Positions 9,345-20,000 of a stretch of 64,000 nucleotides of DNA are shown piece by piece. Numbering within the stretch: the stretch's first letter is position 1; every line of letters starts with the position of its first letter. The position numbers were made by a program, and so were the translations under genes. The stretch is from Candidatus Berkelbacteria bacterium (GTDB taxonomy: Bacteria > Patescibacteriota > UBA1384 > XYA2-FULL-43-10 > 1-14-0-10-43-13), in assembly GCA_037140515.1 (NCBI GenBank), contig JBAXEI010000002.1, forward strand, positions 39,703 to 103,702, written 5' to 3'. A model generated the notes under the pieces. It was given only the letters and a program-made list of their open reading frames with translations, did no database searches and had not been told where the DNA came from.

Positions 9345-10583
9345 ATGCTAGTAATCATGAGCATTACCACTGAGCCAAAAGATTACAGCGTTTTATTTCT
9401 CGATATGAATTCATTTTTTGCCTCTGTCGAGCAACAAGTCCAGCCCACCCTTCGTGGTCGGCCCATCGGCGTTGCGCCTTATATCGGCAGGACAGGCTGC
9501 ATCATTGCGGCATCATACGAAGCGAAGCAAATGGGCGTAAAAATCTGCCAAGTCGGCGAGGCGAAGAAGATTTGTCCACAAATCGCAATTATCGAAGCGC
9601 AGCCTTCTCTCTACATGATTTATCATAAAAAGATAAAGAAAGTGATCGAGAGTTTTACGCCATATTTTGAGGCAAAAAGCGTTGACGAATTTGCTATTCA
9701 TCTCACGCCGATGGACCAAAATCGTGAGAAAGCGACCGAACTGGCGCTCAAGATGAAGAAGGCGATTGCTGAAGAAGTTGGGGATTATCTCAAATGTTCC
9801 ATCGGGATTGCGCCATCTGTATTTCTCGCGAAAATGGCGAGCGAGTTGAAGAAACCAGACGGCCTAACAGTTCTCGAGCTGAAGGATTTGGACAATTTTT
9901 ACCATTCGCTCAAACTTCAAGATCTTACGGGCATAAATTGGCGGACAGAAGCCTCGTTGCAACGTTTCAAGATAAATTCACCAGCAGATTTCTATGGTAA
10001 ATCGCTCGAAGAGCTTGTCCGATTGCTCAAGCACATGGGGCGGCTTTGGTATTTTCGATTACGCGGCTATGAAGTCGATGATCACGTGGTGAAGAGTAAG
10101 ACGATCGGACATTCACACGTTTTGGCTCCAGAATTTCGTACGAAAGACGGGGCAACGGCAATTCTCCGTAAACTAATTTTCAAGGCTGGCTATCGTCTGC
10201 GCAAAGAAGGCTACTGTGCAGGTGGTATTTCTCTCATGATAAATTTTCTTGATGGCCAATCTTTTTCGGTCAGCCGTAGATTTTCAGTTTTTTCCGACAA
10301 TCAGAGTTTTTTGCAAAATACTTATGAACTTTTGAAGGATTGTCCGTGGCGTGGACGGCCTATTTTGGTCGCTGTTTCCTCGTTTGATTTGCAAAGAAAA
10401 ACTAGTGAGCAGATTTCTATATTTGCAGATCTAGAAAAATCAAAGAGCCTTTCCCTCGTTCTGGACAAGATAAACGATGAATTTGGGGCTGAGACAGTTT
10501 TCCCCGCCTCAATGCACACTGCCAAAGATTCGGCGCCCGATCGTATTCCTTTTGGGAAGCCGCGATATGATATTTTACACTGA
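9345..10583 (+). CDS. dinB: DNA polymerase IV (Y-family translesion polymerase). The start is ambiguous among 9306, 9345 and 9357.
   Basis: LFLDMNSFFASVEQ catalytic motif. Also GIAPSVFLAKMAS and the little-finger domain. The track ORF begins at 9306. Confidence 0.85.
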   Translation: MLVIMSITTEPKDYSVLFLDMNSFFASVEQQVQPTLRGRPIGVAPYIGRTGCIIAASYEAKQMGVKICQVGEAKKICPQIAIIEAQPSLYMIYHKKIKKVIESFTPYFEAKSVDEFAIHLTPMDQNREKATELALKMKKAIAEEVGDYLKCSIGIAPSVFLAKMASELKKPDGLTVLELKDLDNFYHSLKLQDLTGINWRTEASLQRFKINSPADFYGKSLEELVRLLKHMGRLWYFRLRGYEVDDHVVKSKTIGHSHVLAPEFRTKDGATAILRKLIFKAGYRLRKEGYCAGGISLMINFLDGQSFSVSRRFSVFSDNQSFLQNTYELLKDCPWRGRPILVAVSSFDLQRKTSEQISIFADLEKSKSLSLVLDKINDEFGAETVFPASMHTAKDSAPDRIPFGKPRYDILH

Positions 10584-10617
10584 GATTTTTTTTGATTATG
10601 TAGCTATCAGTAAATAT

Positions 10618-10646
10618 TTGCGTAATACTTTGTGCTAGTTTATAAT
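10618..10646 (+). promoter_or_regulatory. Sigma70-like promoter upstream of the Gly-rich secreted protein gene.
   Basis: TTGCGT, 17-nt spacer, TATAAT. Lies about 70 nt upstream of the GTG start and its GAGGG RBS. Confidence 0.45.
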
Positions 10647-10716
10647 TAATTTAGAACATTTTTTTGTTTTTGTATTTGTGTAACCACAAGAAAAAGTACA
10701 TTTAAGCGAGGGGCAA

Positions 10717-13371
10717 GTGGCAAAAATCTCCATCACAAAAGTACTTAGAGCGCGCAGGAAAGTAAGAATCCTGACGGTTTTGTTGTGTGCATTTGTTTTT
10801 GCTTTTGCTGTATGGAAGATTGTCATCAATAATCCCTTTGGGACCAAGGCGTCGGCCGGTTGCAATACTGTGGACGGGGTTACGACTTGTACAATTGATC
10901 AGCCCGGCAAATTGGCTCCGATGGGCAATGGCGAAGTTTTTTGTACTGGCGATCTTGCTTACGATTGGGCTGGTCAAAAAGCGACCAGCTGTACTACAGG
11001 CCAGCAAACGGTGATATCTTCTGGCGCTTCGGTCGTCATCGCAAACACAGCTGCTGTGACAACATATTTCACAAACACTTTGAAAAATCTTACTATTCAG
11101 AGCGGCGGGACTGTCACCCATGAGCCGTTGGCAGCAGCGGACACTTCAAACCAAATTTTTGGAAAAAAGGTAAGTATTATCGCGACTGATTATATCAGGG
11201 TTGAAGATGGGGCAAAGATAAATGCAGATGGAAAAGGCTATCCTGGAAATGCGACTATGGCCACTCATTCTGATGGCTATCCGACTTATGACACTGGTGG
11301 CGGGCACGGTGGACTTGGCTATCAAGCCACCAACAAGTTTGCTTGGGGTGGCGGTGGTAGTAGCAGTGTCTCGACAGGAGGCACAGCCTCGAGCTACACA
11401 TCTCCTAGCGCGACTACACCCACACAGTTCCCGTCTTTATCTGGCTCTACGCTTTTGCATGGCGCTTCTGGCGGTGTAGCTTGTATCGATACTACTGCTT
11501 GCTTCACAGGTGGTAATGGCGGAGGCTACATTCATTTAGAAGCCCCAAAAGTTCAAATATTCCCTACGGCGCAGATAACAGCAAGCGGAAGTGCTCCAAA
11601 CTATACACCTACACTTATCCCGGCTGGTGGTGGCGCCGGCGGAACGATAGAAATTGCAGGACAAGGCGCAAATGGGATTGTGTCTTACTGGCCTGATCTT
11701 GGTGATCCAGCGGCGACAATAGTTCCTGGTGGTCTCTCTGCAACTGCTGCAAATAGTGGTAACTCAGGCAAATTTACGAATTCGTTGTCCTTCGGCTTGC
11801 CGCTGAGCAATATTTTCGTAGGCAGCATGCTGAATTCTCTTGGCGGTGCCGCGGCTCTATCTAGCTGGACTGGACATATGCCAGCTGGCGGCGGCGGTGG
11901 AGCCGGGGGAAAAGTAACTCTTAGCGGTAAATATGTCCCACTTTGTGAAATAAATGTGGCATCTGTTAAGAACACTAGCGGCCATTATTACATTCCTGCT
12001 GGTTGCGAAGGTAGTGACGTAATAATAAATGGGGATATAACTGTATATGCTGATGATGCGAAAGTGCTTCAGAATGATTCACTGGATGCGCGGACGGCTT
12101 GTACGGATCCAGCGATAACAAACTGTGATAGTCACAGAAAGTTTCAATCGCTTACATTATCAAACAATGCAAAGCTGACACATAACGGCGTGACTATCCC
12201 AGAGATGATATCTGATGATTCAAATGTCAACAAATCGCTGGCTGATGAAGTTTACGGCACAGCTCGCTGGAAAAAGGTGGATATTGAAACTGCTGGAGAT
12301 TTGATAATCAAAGATACTTCTAATATCAATGTTACTGGCAAAGGATATCCTGGCGGGGTTTTTTGCAATGCTTCAGGAACTGGCGTTTGTAGTACTACTT
12401 TGAATGCGAAGGCTGGCTATGGACCTGGAGGATCGTTTGGCGGTCAGTGGCCTTGGGGAGCTGGAACAACGAATTGTGGCTATGGCGCGAGCTACGGAAG
12501 CCTTGGCTCTGCCATGAAAGATTGTTTGACGAATCTTGTTGATACGTCTGTAGCGAAATACGGTGATGCCGACTTAAATTTAGCTAATAAACTTGAATTT
12601 GGATCTGGTGGCGGTGGTTTGCAAGTTCCTGCTGGTACTAATTCAACTTTGACTGGTGGCTCTGGTGGAGGCAGAATCAAACTTTTGATTAGCGGCACTT
12701 TAAATTTGTCTCCGGTAAATAATCCTAATGTAATACTAGCCAATGGTGGAAATGGGGCTTGTTACGGCGCAACGTCTCCTTCATGTGGGGCTGGTGGATC
12801 TGGCGGCTCAATTCTGATCAAATCGAAGTTCTTTTCGATTCCGAATACTGGTGTAGCCTTAGGTATTGAAGCTGGCGCGCCAAAAATGACTACGGCAACA
12901 CCAGGCTCAGTGTCTAGCGATGTTTATCTTCCGATATTTTTTCAAGCAAAGGGAGGAGACGGAGGCCTGGGCGGCGCCTCGCAGGGTGGTGGCGGCGGAG
13001 CTGGGCGAATAATGGTGAAGAAGCTACTCTTGAGCTCGACGCCAACATTAAAGAAAACGTTGACTGCTCAGAAAAGGGGAGGGGTTTCAAATTCATCTTT
13101 CGATCCATATACATTGCAAAAAGATGATGAAATAGGAGTCTTAGTTGAAGTCTATGGTGTCGAGGAGCCACTTGTATTTCGTGACAGCTGGCTAAAGTCT
13201 TCAAACGGGAGCTGCCAATATGTAAGTAATAGTGGCGAGTTTAACCTCACTAGCTCCCCTTGGCCTGCTGGAAGTGATAACGCTGATGGCTATAGTCTGA
13301 GCCTAGACTCTGGAATGAAAGATGCAGGCACAGGTGCTATTTTGATATCATATCAGTGTAAAGTCCAATAA
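10717..13371 (+). CDS. Secreted/membrane-anchored Gly-rich repeat protein, predicted beta-helix-like surface protein (paralog A). Function unknown.
   Basis: GTG start. N-terminal TM ILTVLLCAFVFAFAVW. Recurrent GGGG/GGxGGx blocks and GGGRIxL motifs, GKGYPG motifs, and a conserved two-Cys block CTDPAITNCDSHRKFQSLTLSNNAKLTHN shared with the next gene. Confidence 0.75.
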   Translation: MAKISITKVLRARRKVRILTVLLCAFVFAFAVWKIVINNPFGTKASAGCNTVDGVTTCTIDQPGKLAPMGNGEVFCTGDLAYDWAGQKATSCTTGQQTVISSGASVVIANTAAVTTYFTNTLKNLTIQSGGTVTHEPLAAADTSNQIFGKKVSIIATDYIRVEDGAKINADGKGYPGNATMATHSDGYPTYDTGGGHGGLGYQATNKFAWGGGGSSSVSTGGTASSYTSPSATTPTQFPSLSGSTLLHGASGGVACIDTTACFTGGNGGGYIHLEAPKVQIFPTAQITASGSAPNYTPTLIPAGGGAGGTIEIAGQGANGIVSYWPDLGDPAATIVPGGLSATAANSGNSGKFTNSLSFGLPLSNIFVGSMLNSLGGAAALSSWTGHMPAGGGGGAGGKVTLSGKYVPLCEINVASVKNTSGHYYIPAGCEGSDVIINGDITVYADDAKVLQNDSLDARTACTDPAITNCDSHRKFQSLTLSNNAKLTHNGVTIPEMISDDSNVNKSLADEVYGTARWKKVDIETAGDLIIKDTSNINVTGKGYPGGVFCNASGTGVCSTTLNAKAGYGPGGSFGGQWPWGAGTTNCGYGASYGSLGSAMKDCLTNLVDTSVAKYGDADLNLANKLEFGSGGGGLQVPAGTNSTLTGGSGGGRIKLLISGTLNLSPVNNPNVILANGGNGACYGATSPSCGAGGSGGSILIKSKFFSIPNTGVALGIEAGAPKMTTATPGSVSSDVYLPIFFQAKGGDGGLGGASQGGGGGAGRIMVKKLLLSSTPTLKKTLTAQKRGGVSNSSFDPYTLQKDDEIGVLVEVYGVEEPLVFRDSWLKSSNGSCQYVSNSGEFNLTSSPWPAGSDNADGYSLSLDSGMKDAGTGAILISYQCKVQ

Positions 13372-13373
13372 AT

Positions 13374-15917
13374 ATGAAAAAAACTTCAATATTCAAAATT
13401 TTAGCAAAGAGAAAAATCGTTCTATCTAGTGCGATATTTCTCGGCTTGGCGGCTGCTGTCCTTTCGGGCACATTTATCTTCTATCGATATTTTCAGCCAG
13501 TGAAAGCTGCAAATTCTTGTGCAGCTAATGTTTTGACGGTGAATACTGGAGCGACCGCAAAGATCGTAGATAATTTTTTGACTGGCTCAATTACGCCTTG
13601 CGATAACACAAATGTTTCTGGCTATGATATTACAGTTAGCGGTACTGGAGTGAAGCTGATACTGGCTGGATATAATACTTTCAAAAATATTTCAGTTTTG
13701 TCTAATGCTACAATAACCCATGAGGCGCTGTCCTCTCTAGATATTGAAACAGACGGTGCGAGTTTGCTGCCTACTGGCGAGGCCAAAAAAGTTCAAATGG
13801 TTATTTCTGGAACATTAACGCTCGATACCGGTGGCAAAATCTCGGCTGATGGTCTTGGCTATCCTGGCGGCACCGCTACTCACACTGCTGGCTTTGGCTT
13901 TGGCGGCGGTCAGGCTACTCAGGCTGCACTAGCTTCTACTGTTATCTTGGCTTTTGGTCCTGGCGGAGGTGCTTTCGGTGGTGTCGGCGGTAGTGGATTC
14001 TCCAATCCATCTCTGACAGCTGCGACGGGTACGGCTTACCCAAACTACTATGATCCGTATATTTTTCGCGCTGGCTCGGGCTCAGGATACAATGCGGGGC
14101 ATATAAATACTCCGGTTCCTGTTGTCGGTTCAAGCGGTGGAGGAAGGATATATGTTCGGGCTGGTACAATAAACATCAAAAGTGGCACTATTTCAGCAAA
14201 AGGTAGCACAGGGCTTGCGCAGATACGAAAATATACTCTAAATGTTGTGAACAGATATTCTTTTACGGGGGGTGGCGCCGGAGGCACAATCTGGCTAGTC
14301 GCTGATACTATTGTTGCGCCAAAAGGGGCCACAGGAGTCACGCCCGATGTGTCTGGCGGTGCTATCGGAGGTGACTATCAGATCACAACAACAAATAGTG
14401 CAGATGATAAAGTTATTGCATCGGCTATTCATGACGGAACAAACGGTGTGAGTGAAATATTTGTGGATAGCCAGGAGAAATCGGATTTATACAAAAATTA
14501 TTTTGGTTATTTAAGTACTGCTGGTGGTTTGCCATCGTCAGCAACAGCAACATTGACAGGTTCTCTGAAAGGCACAGCAGCTGGCGGCGGTGGGGGTGGT
14601 AGGATCCGTGTAGAGGCAAAAGTTGTTCGTCCGTCTTGTACTATTATCTCCGGAACTACTATTCCTGACTATTGTGAAAACGGAGATGTGGTCGTTGGCA
14701 ATGGTCTCACAATCAATATGGATGCCGTAACAGTTTTGCAAGATTCCACACGCACTCTGTGTACTGATCCGACTATTTCAAACTGCGATAGTGCTAGACA
14801 TTTTAACAGCCTTACGCTTCAGGGGAACGCGAAGCTTACCCATAATCCAATTACTTCTGGCGATCTATTAGTTGGCGGTACACCTTATACCACACTTCAA
14901 GGTGACTCATTGATAAAAGGTGCCGCTCGTTGGCGAAAAGTAGACATCACAGTTGATGACTATATAAGTCTGGCAACCGGTAGCTCGATAGACGTGAGTG
15001 AAAAAGGCTATACCGGCTCTAACAATACATCGGCTGCACTTGGACGAGCCGCAGGAGCGACAAATACCAATCAGGGCGGTGGCTATGCCGGAAAAGGCGC
15101 GGGGAATTCTCTGGTTAGTTATCCACCGGATTTCCAGACAAAGGTGATCAGTGGTAATTTTGATTATACGTCGACTTATTTAGATAGCGGCAAAACCTAT
15201 CCACTATTTGACGCTGGTTCTGGGGCTGGAACTGCAAGTGCTGGAGGCGGTGGTAGGATTCACTTAAATGCAAAGAGCTTGACACTTGCTCCAGGGTCTT
15301 CGATCTCGGCAAATGGTACTGGCGTGGCAGCAAGTATGGCAGCTGGTGCTGGCGGCATGATTTGGATAGATTCTCAGAGCTATAGCTTTCCATCTGATCT
15401 TCCTGAGGCAGTTGTCACTGGTGGAACTGGCGCAAATGTTGGAGAAAACGGCTATATCTATACAGATATCTTCACACCAAATCTTATTTCAGCAAATGGC
15501 GGCAGCACGACAAACGGATTCAACGGTGGCGGTGGACGAATAATAATTCATCAGACTGTTGCGACTCAGAATCAGCCAATCATTACGAAGAGTGTGAAAG
15601 TTGTTGAACGACCAGGGATGACAGGTACAGCGGTGACAGACCTAAATCCTTATGCTCTTATCCTTGACGATGTGATTGAAGTGACTATTGCGGTTACAGG
15701 TCTGACACCAGGCACACCAAACACTACTATTGATGAAAATGTTTTGGCCGCGCCGACTGGCCAATATTGTTCGCCAATTTCTGCTACCGCTGCAACTCCG
15801 GCGAGTCCAAGTACAGCTCCTACAATCTCGACAGGCATAAAGCTTTTGACTTGGACATTTACGCCAACAAACACAAGCTCGTCTATGACATATAAATGCA
15901 GGGTGGTGAAGTCATGA
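13374..15917 (+). CDS. Secreted/membrane-anchored Gly-rich repeat protein, tandem paralog B of 10717..13371.
   Basis: N-terminal TM. Motifs collinear with paralog A: ITHEALSSLD, ADGLGYPGG, CTDPTISNCDSARHFNSLTLQGNAKLTHN, ARWRKVDIT and the GGGRI repeats. Lies 2 nt after paralog A. Confidence 0.75.
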   Translation: MKKTSIFKILAKRKIVLSSAIFLGLAAAVLSGTFIFYRYFQPVKAANSCAANVLTVNTGATAKIVDNFLTGSITPCDNTNVSGYDITVSGTGVKLILAGYNTFKNISVLSNATITHEALSSLDIETDGASLLPTGEAKKVQMVISGTLTLDTGGKISADGLGYPGGTATHTAGFGFGGGQATQAALASTVILAFGPGGGAFGGVGGSGFSNPSLTAATGTAYPNYYDPYIFRAGSGSGYNAGHINTPVPVVGSSGGGRIYVRAGTINIKSGTISAKGSTGLAQIRKYTLNVVNRYSFTGGGAGGTIWLVADTIVAPKGATGVTPDVSGGAIGGDYQITTTNSADDKVIASAIHDGTNGVSEIFVDSQEKSDLYKNYFGYLSTAGGLPSSATATLTGSLKGTAAGGGGGGRIRVEAKVVRPSCTIISGTTIPDYCENGDVVVGNGLTINMDAVTVLQDSTRTLCTDPTISNCDSARHFNSLTLQGNAKLTHNPITSGDLLVGGTPYTTLQGDSLIKGAARWRKVDITVDDYISLATGSSIDVSEKGYTGSNNTSAALGRAAGATNTNQGGGYAGKGAGNSLVSYPPDFQTKVISGNFDYTSTYLDSGKTYPLFDAGSGAGTASAGGGGRIHLNAKSLTLAPGSSISANGTGVAASMAAGAGGMIWIDSQSYSFPSDLPEAVVTGGTGANVGENGYIYTDIFTPNLISANGGSTTNGFNGGGGRIIIHQTVATQNQPIITKSVKVVERPGMTGTAVTDLNPYALILDDVIEVTIAVTGLTPGTPNTTIDENVLAAPTGQYCSPISATAATPASPSTAPTISTGIKLLTWTFTPTNTSSSMTYKCRVVKS

Positions 15918-16846
15918 AACTTTTCAAGCTAACATTTTTATTAGTTTTACTTACAGTAGTCTTGCAGCCTGGTATTATTCGAGCTGCAAACAATTCTTTA
16001 CCAGATGTTATGTTTGGCAGTACGAAGCTGACCCAAAACGGAAAAAATTATTTTGGCGGAGTGACAGGCAACTACGCAGTTCTAAACAATTCCTCATCTC
16101 CAGATTTTGGTTTTCGCAATGATCAGAAGTGTGTGAAAAGCGATGGTACGCTGGTGATTCAGTCGATCACGTCGCCAAAATGCTTTGTCCTGACTAGTTC
16201 AAACTCAGCTGTAAACTTGCTTACGAGTCGCTCCTTTATTCGTATCGGTACTAACGACGAGCAGGCGATTTATGAGTTGCCGGCGCTATATTTTAGCAAG
16301 AGCACTATCGCTGGCGATGTATTTGGCAATATTGATTATAGTAAATTTTCTTTCTGGGGAAATAACACTTCTACTTCTGGTGATTCAGCTTGGACGACCA
16401 GTGGCTATGCGATGAATCCAAAATCACAATCTTCATGGCTAGACTCTAGCGGCAGCGGGACGACGGCGTACAACAGCTACTATGCCAAGATCAGGGCGAT
16501 GGCAGACAACGGGAAAGTTTTTTCGCCTGCTGATACTACATATTTAAACTCGAGCACTGACATTCATATTTATTTGCAGAGCAAAGACATTGCTAGTAGT
16601 TCTTCGGCAAATGACGAAACGAATCTTTATCCTGAAGGAAAGACGTGGATTGTTGATGCTACTTCTTATAACCCTACTACTAATGGTGATCTGAGCATTA
16701 GTAATACTTCTGGCAAAAGAAAAATTACATATCATGGCATTGGAACTATACTCGTAAAAGGAAACGTAGACGTTGCGGCAAACGTAGAAATCATGCCTGC
16801 AACTGATAAGGACAAGCTAGGAATTATCTCTATCGCAGGTGACTAA
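15914..16846 (+). CDS. Secreted protein of unknown function with an N-terminal signal peptide.
   Basis: MKLFKLTFLLVLLTVVLQPGIIRAANN looks like a cleavable signal peptide. S/T/N-rich. Overlaps the end of paralog B. The ORF track starts at 15896. Confidence 0.6.
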   Translation: MKLFKLTFLLVLLTVVLQPGIIRAANNSLPDVMFGSTKLTQNGKNYFGGVTGNYAVLNNSSSPDFGFRNDQKCVKSDGTLVIQSITSPKCFVLTSSNSAVNLLTSRSFIRIGTNDEQAIYELPALYFSKSTIAGDVFGNIDYSKFSFWGNNTSTSGDSAWTTSGYAMNPKSQSSWLDSSGSGTTAYNSYYAKIRAMADNGKVFSPADTTYLNSSTDIHIYLQSKDIASSSSANDETNLYPEGKTWIVDATSYNPTTNGDLSISNTSGKRKITYHGIGTILVKGNVDVAANVEIMPATDKDKLGIISIAGD

Positions 16847-16933
16847 TTAGTGCCTCGTCTGAAATCGATTTTTTGACTAAATACAAGTGCCAAAATTTCT
16901 TCTCTGAGACACAATATTATTGTGGAAAAGTAT

Positions 16934-16963
16934 TTGGTATTCTCGCATAAATTGGTCTATAAT
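16934..16963 (+). promoter_or_regulatory. Candidate promoter for the giant gene.
   Basis: TTGGTA, 18-nt spacer, TATAAT. A GGGGAGGG RBS sits at about 17000, ahead of the ATG at 17013. Confidence 0.3.
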
Positions 16964-17012
16964 TAGATTAATAAAAACTAACGTTTTTCATATTTCGGGG
17001 AGGGAAGCGTAG

Positions 17013-20000
17013 ATGCGAAAATTTAGCCCCATGAAAAGTCTCCAACAAATGCTTGGAGATATATCTAGTCGTACAAATGCGGCTCATTTTTTGCGCTCAA
17101 ATATCCACGAGAAAAAGCTAAATGGTGGAGTTAGCTTTCAAAAAGTTGTCTTAGTCACATTTGTTCTTGCAGCAGCTCTAATCTGCGGATTTTTGTACAA
17201 TAATCAACCACAAAAAGCGTATGCTGCAAATTGTCGGTGGACCGGTTCGGTAGGGAACGCAGACTGGATGACTGCGGGAAACTGGACAAGTTGCGCTAGT
17301 TTGGTTCCTCAATCAGGTGATTCAATAACCTTCGACTCTAGCGGTACACAGGTCGTAAATCTTAACAGCTCTACTTCTATTGCGAATTTGACCATCGCAA
17401 ATACATTTGCAGGCACTATCACAGTTGGCGGAGGCTATACTTTGACAGTGTCTACAAACTATCGTCAATATGCAGGAACTTTCAATGCTCCGGCTGCTGG
17501 GTCAATAAGGGTTGGCAACCAGTTTATGAATGACCAAGGCGTGTTTAACGCTAGTACCAGTCTTGTAGATCTCTATAATGTTACAAACGCAGGTTCTGCT
17601 GGTTTCTGGGGTAATACTACTTTTTACGACCTAAGCATCACGTCACCAACAGCAACCCCAGTTTTGTTCGAGCAGACTAGGACTCAAACAGTTCTTCATA
17701 ACTTTGTTGCGAAAGGTACTTCAAGCCAAAATCTTATTTTGACCAGAAATGCAGGCTCAAATTGGATCCTTGACCTAAAAGGAACGTATTCTATGGAATA
17801 CGTCTCAGTCAGCTATTCCACAAGCTTGAGAGCAGGATATCTAAATCCACCAAACTCTTTCAACGGACCTAGCAATACAGGCTGGTTTCCGCCGATCAAT
17901 GTATCTGGCTCATGCAGCTCGACTTCAGCTGAGACAGTTTATCTTGTTGTTAACGGCACTTTAAATACCCAATTTGCAACGACTGCTGGTGGTGCACCAT
18001 GCACATACACAATTTCTGGGGTATATAGACCAAATAAGGGAGATGTTATCCAGACTTTTGTGAACAAGATTGGCGCATCGGATCCGACTGATGCACAAAA
18101 AGCAGTTGCAGTTATGAAATACAATACGGCCGGCAATGATGTGACGGGCTTGGACTTGAGAGAAAAGACACTATCTATCGGTACTCTTGATTCACAGGTG
18201 GTTACATACTCAGACCTCAAAATGTACGACTATGTCAATACGACTACTCGTAAGAACATTCTATATGATTGCACTGACGCTTATGGACCTAATAATTTTT
18301 TCAATCTCATGTCCAAAGCCTCTGGTTACTCGCAACAGCTGACAGTCTATATCCCAAATGGTGGCACTTATTCGGGACAGACTAGCGGCTACCGGGTAGT
18401 CACGGAAACTGATTATCTTCAGATTGCCACTGGTGGGACGTACCTAGGCGCCAATGACTCGACGATGGATCTGAAAGCTACTGGCACGCCATTTACCAAA
18501 AGTGGTACTTTTGACCCAGGTACATCTAACTTCATCTACTCTGCTGCCGTTACAGTGACAGCAGCTACTTACTATGATCTTACACTTCTTGGTACTGGCT
18601 CAGACACTGTTCTCGCTGCCGGGACGTTGACTGCTCTGCGTAATTTCACTATCGGAAATGGTACAGCAACGACTGTCGTTCGAGCAAATACGAATAATCC
18701 GATAATCAATATTGGCGATTCGCTTGCTCGACCAACATTTCTGATTAGTAATGCTAGTACCTTCTACGCCTCACCCTCTGCTGTGATGAATGTTTACGGT
18801 AGCTTCACAGCGCACGGAACCTTTACGCACAACAACGGCACAGTAAATATTTTCTTGTCGACTGGCGATCACGGCCATATCACGGCTGATAATGCTCCTG
18901 TTTCGAAATTTTATAACCTAAACATTACTCGTGGAGCGACCGCTACTGTAGCTTACAAGATTTATTTTGATACTAACTTTACTGTCGATGGCAATCTTAC
19001 GATGAGAAACGATACAGATGTCAGACTTTATATTGAGAGCAAAACAGCTTCTATCGGCACTATCTCAGTGACAGGTGATATCATTTTCCCAGCAACACCA
19101 GCGAACACTGGTGGTATCTCTATCGGGGATAATATTTCTAGAGATTCTAATGGTAATCCTATATACGCTTCTTGGCCTTCAATTGATTTCAAAGGCAATT
19201 TCCGTCAATTGGATACAGATGTAAACCCAGGAGGATCAAGTATAGTGATCGCTGGTTATTTGACTGCATCGGGTTCCACCAATCAGCACTTTGAGCGTGC
19301 TCGGAGCACTTACAATGCTGGCACCGCATACCAACCGAGCTTTCTTTCTGGTGATCTGTCTTCGGTAACCTGGAAGATAAATAAACCCGTTGCAGGCACA
19401 TTTGTCATTCCGGACTCTGACTTTGTCTTCGATAATGTGGTGTGTGACGCAAACTATGATGCAGAGTTTCAGAAAAATGGTACAAACACTATTGCCTTGA
19501 ATAATTTTAATTACGGAAGTGATTGCAACTTTACCCAACCAAATGACGCAGACATGTTCTTGCTTTTTGGCAATTTCACTATGAATGCGGCTGGCAAAAC
19601 TTTCTCCATCAACCCTACTTTCAAGACACAATTTGGCTATCTGCTAAGCAAGTTTTTCTATGTTTCGGACTTTGTGAATGACGAAACTTGGTCAAAGGGT
19701 GACGTTGTCATAAACAATGGTACTCTTACTTTTCCGACAGCTTACGCTACTAAGATGCGCAGCCTGACTATGAATGCTGGAAATTTCAACGCTCCAGGAG
19801 GTACGGGAGAACTGATAATGTACTCGAACTTTACAATTGGTGCTGGCGCAACTTTCCATAATAATTTGGGTAAAGTTAAATTTTTGACTGACTATATTGG
19901 CAGCTACATTACTGTGGCCAACTCTGCGGCGAGCACGTTCTACACTCTAGACTTTGGCAGAACACTGACAACCAAAAGAATTGATTATACAGGTAACTGG

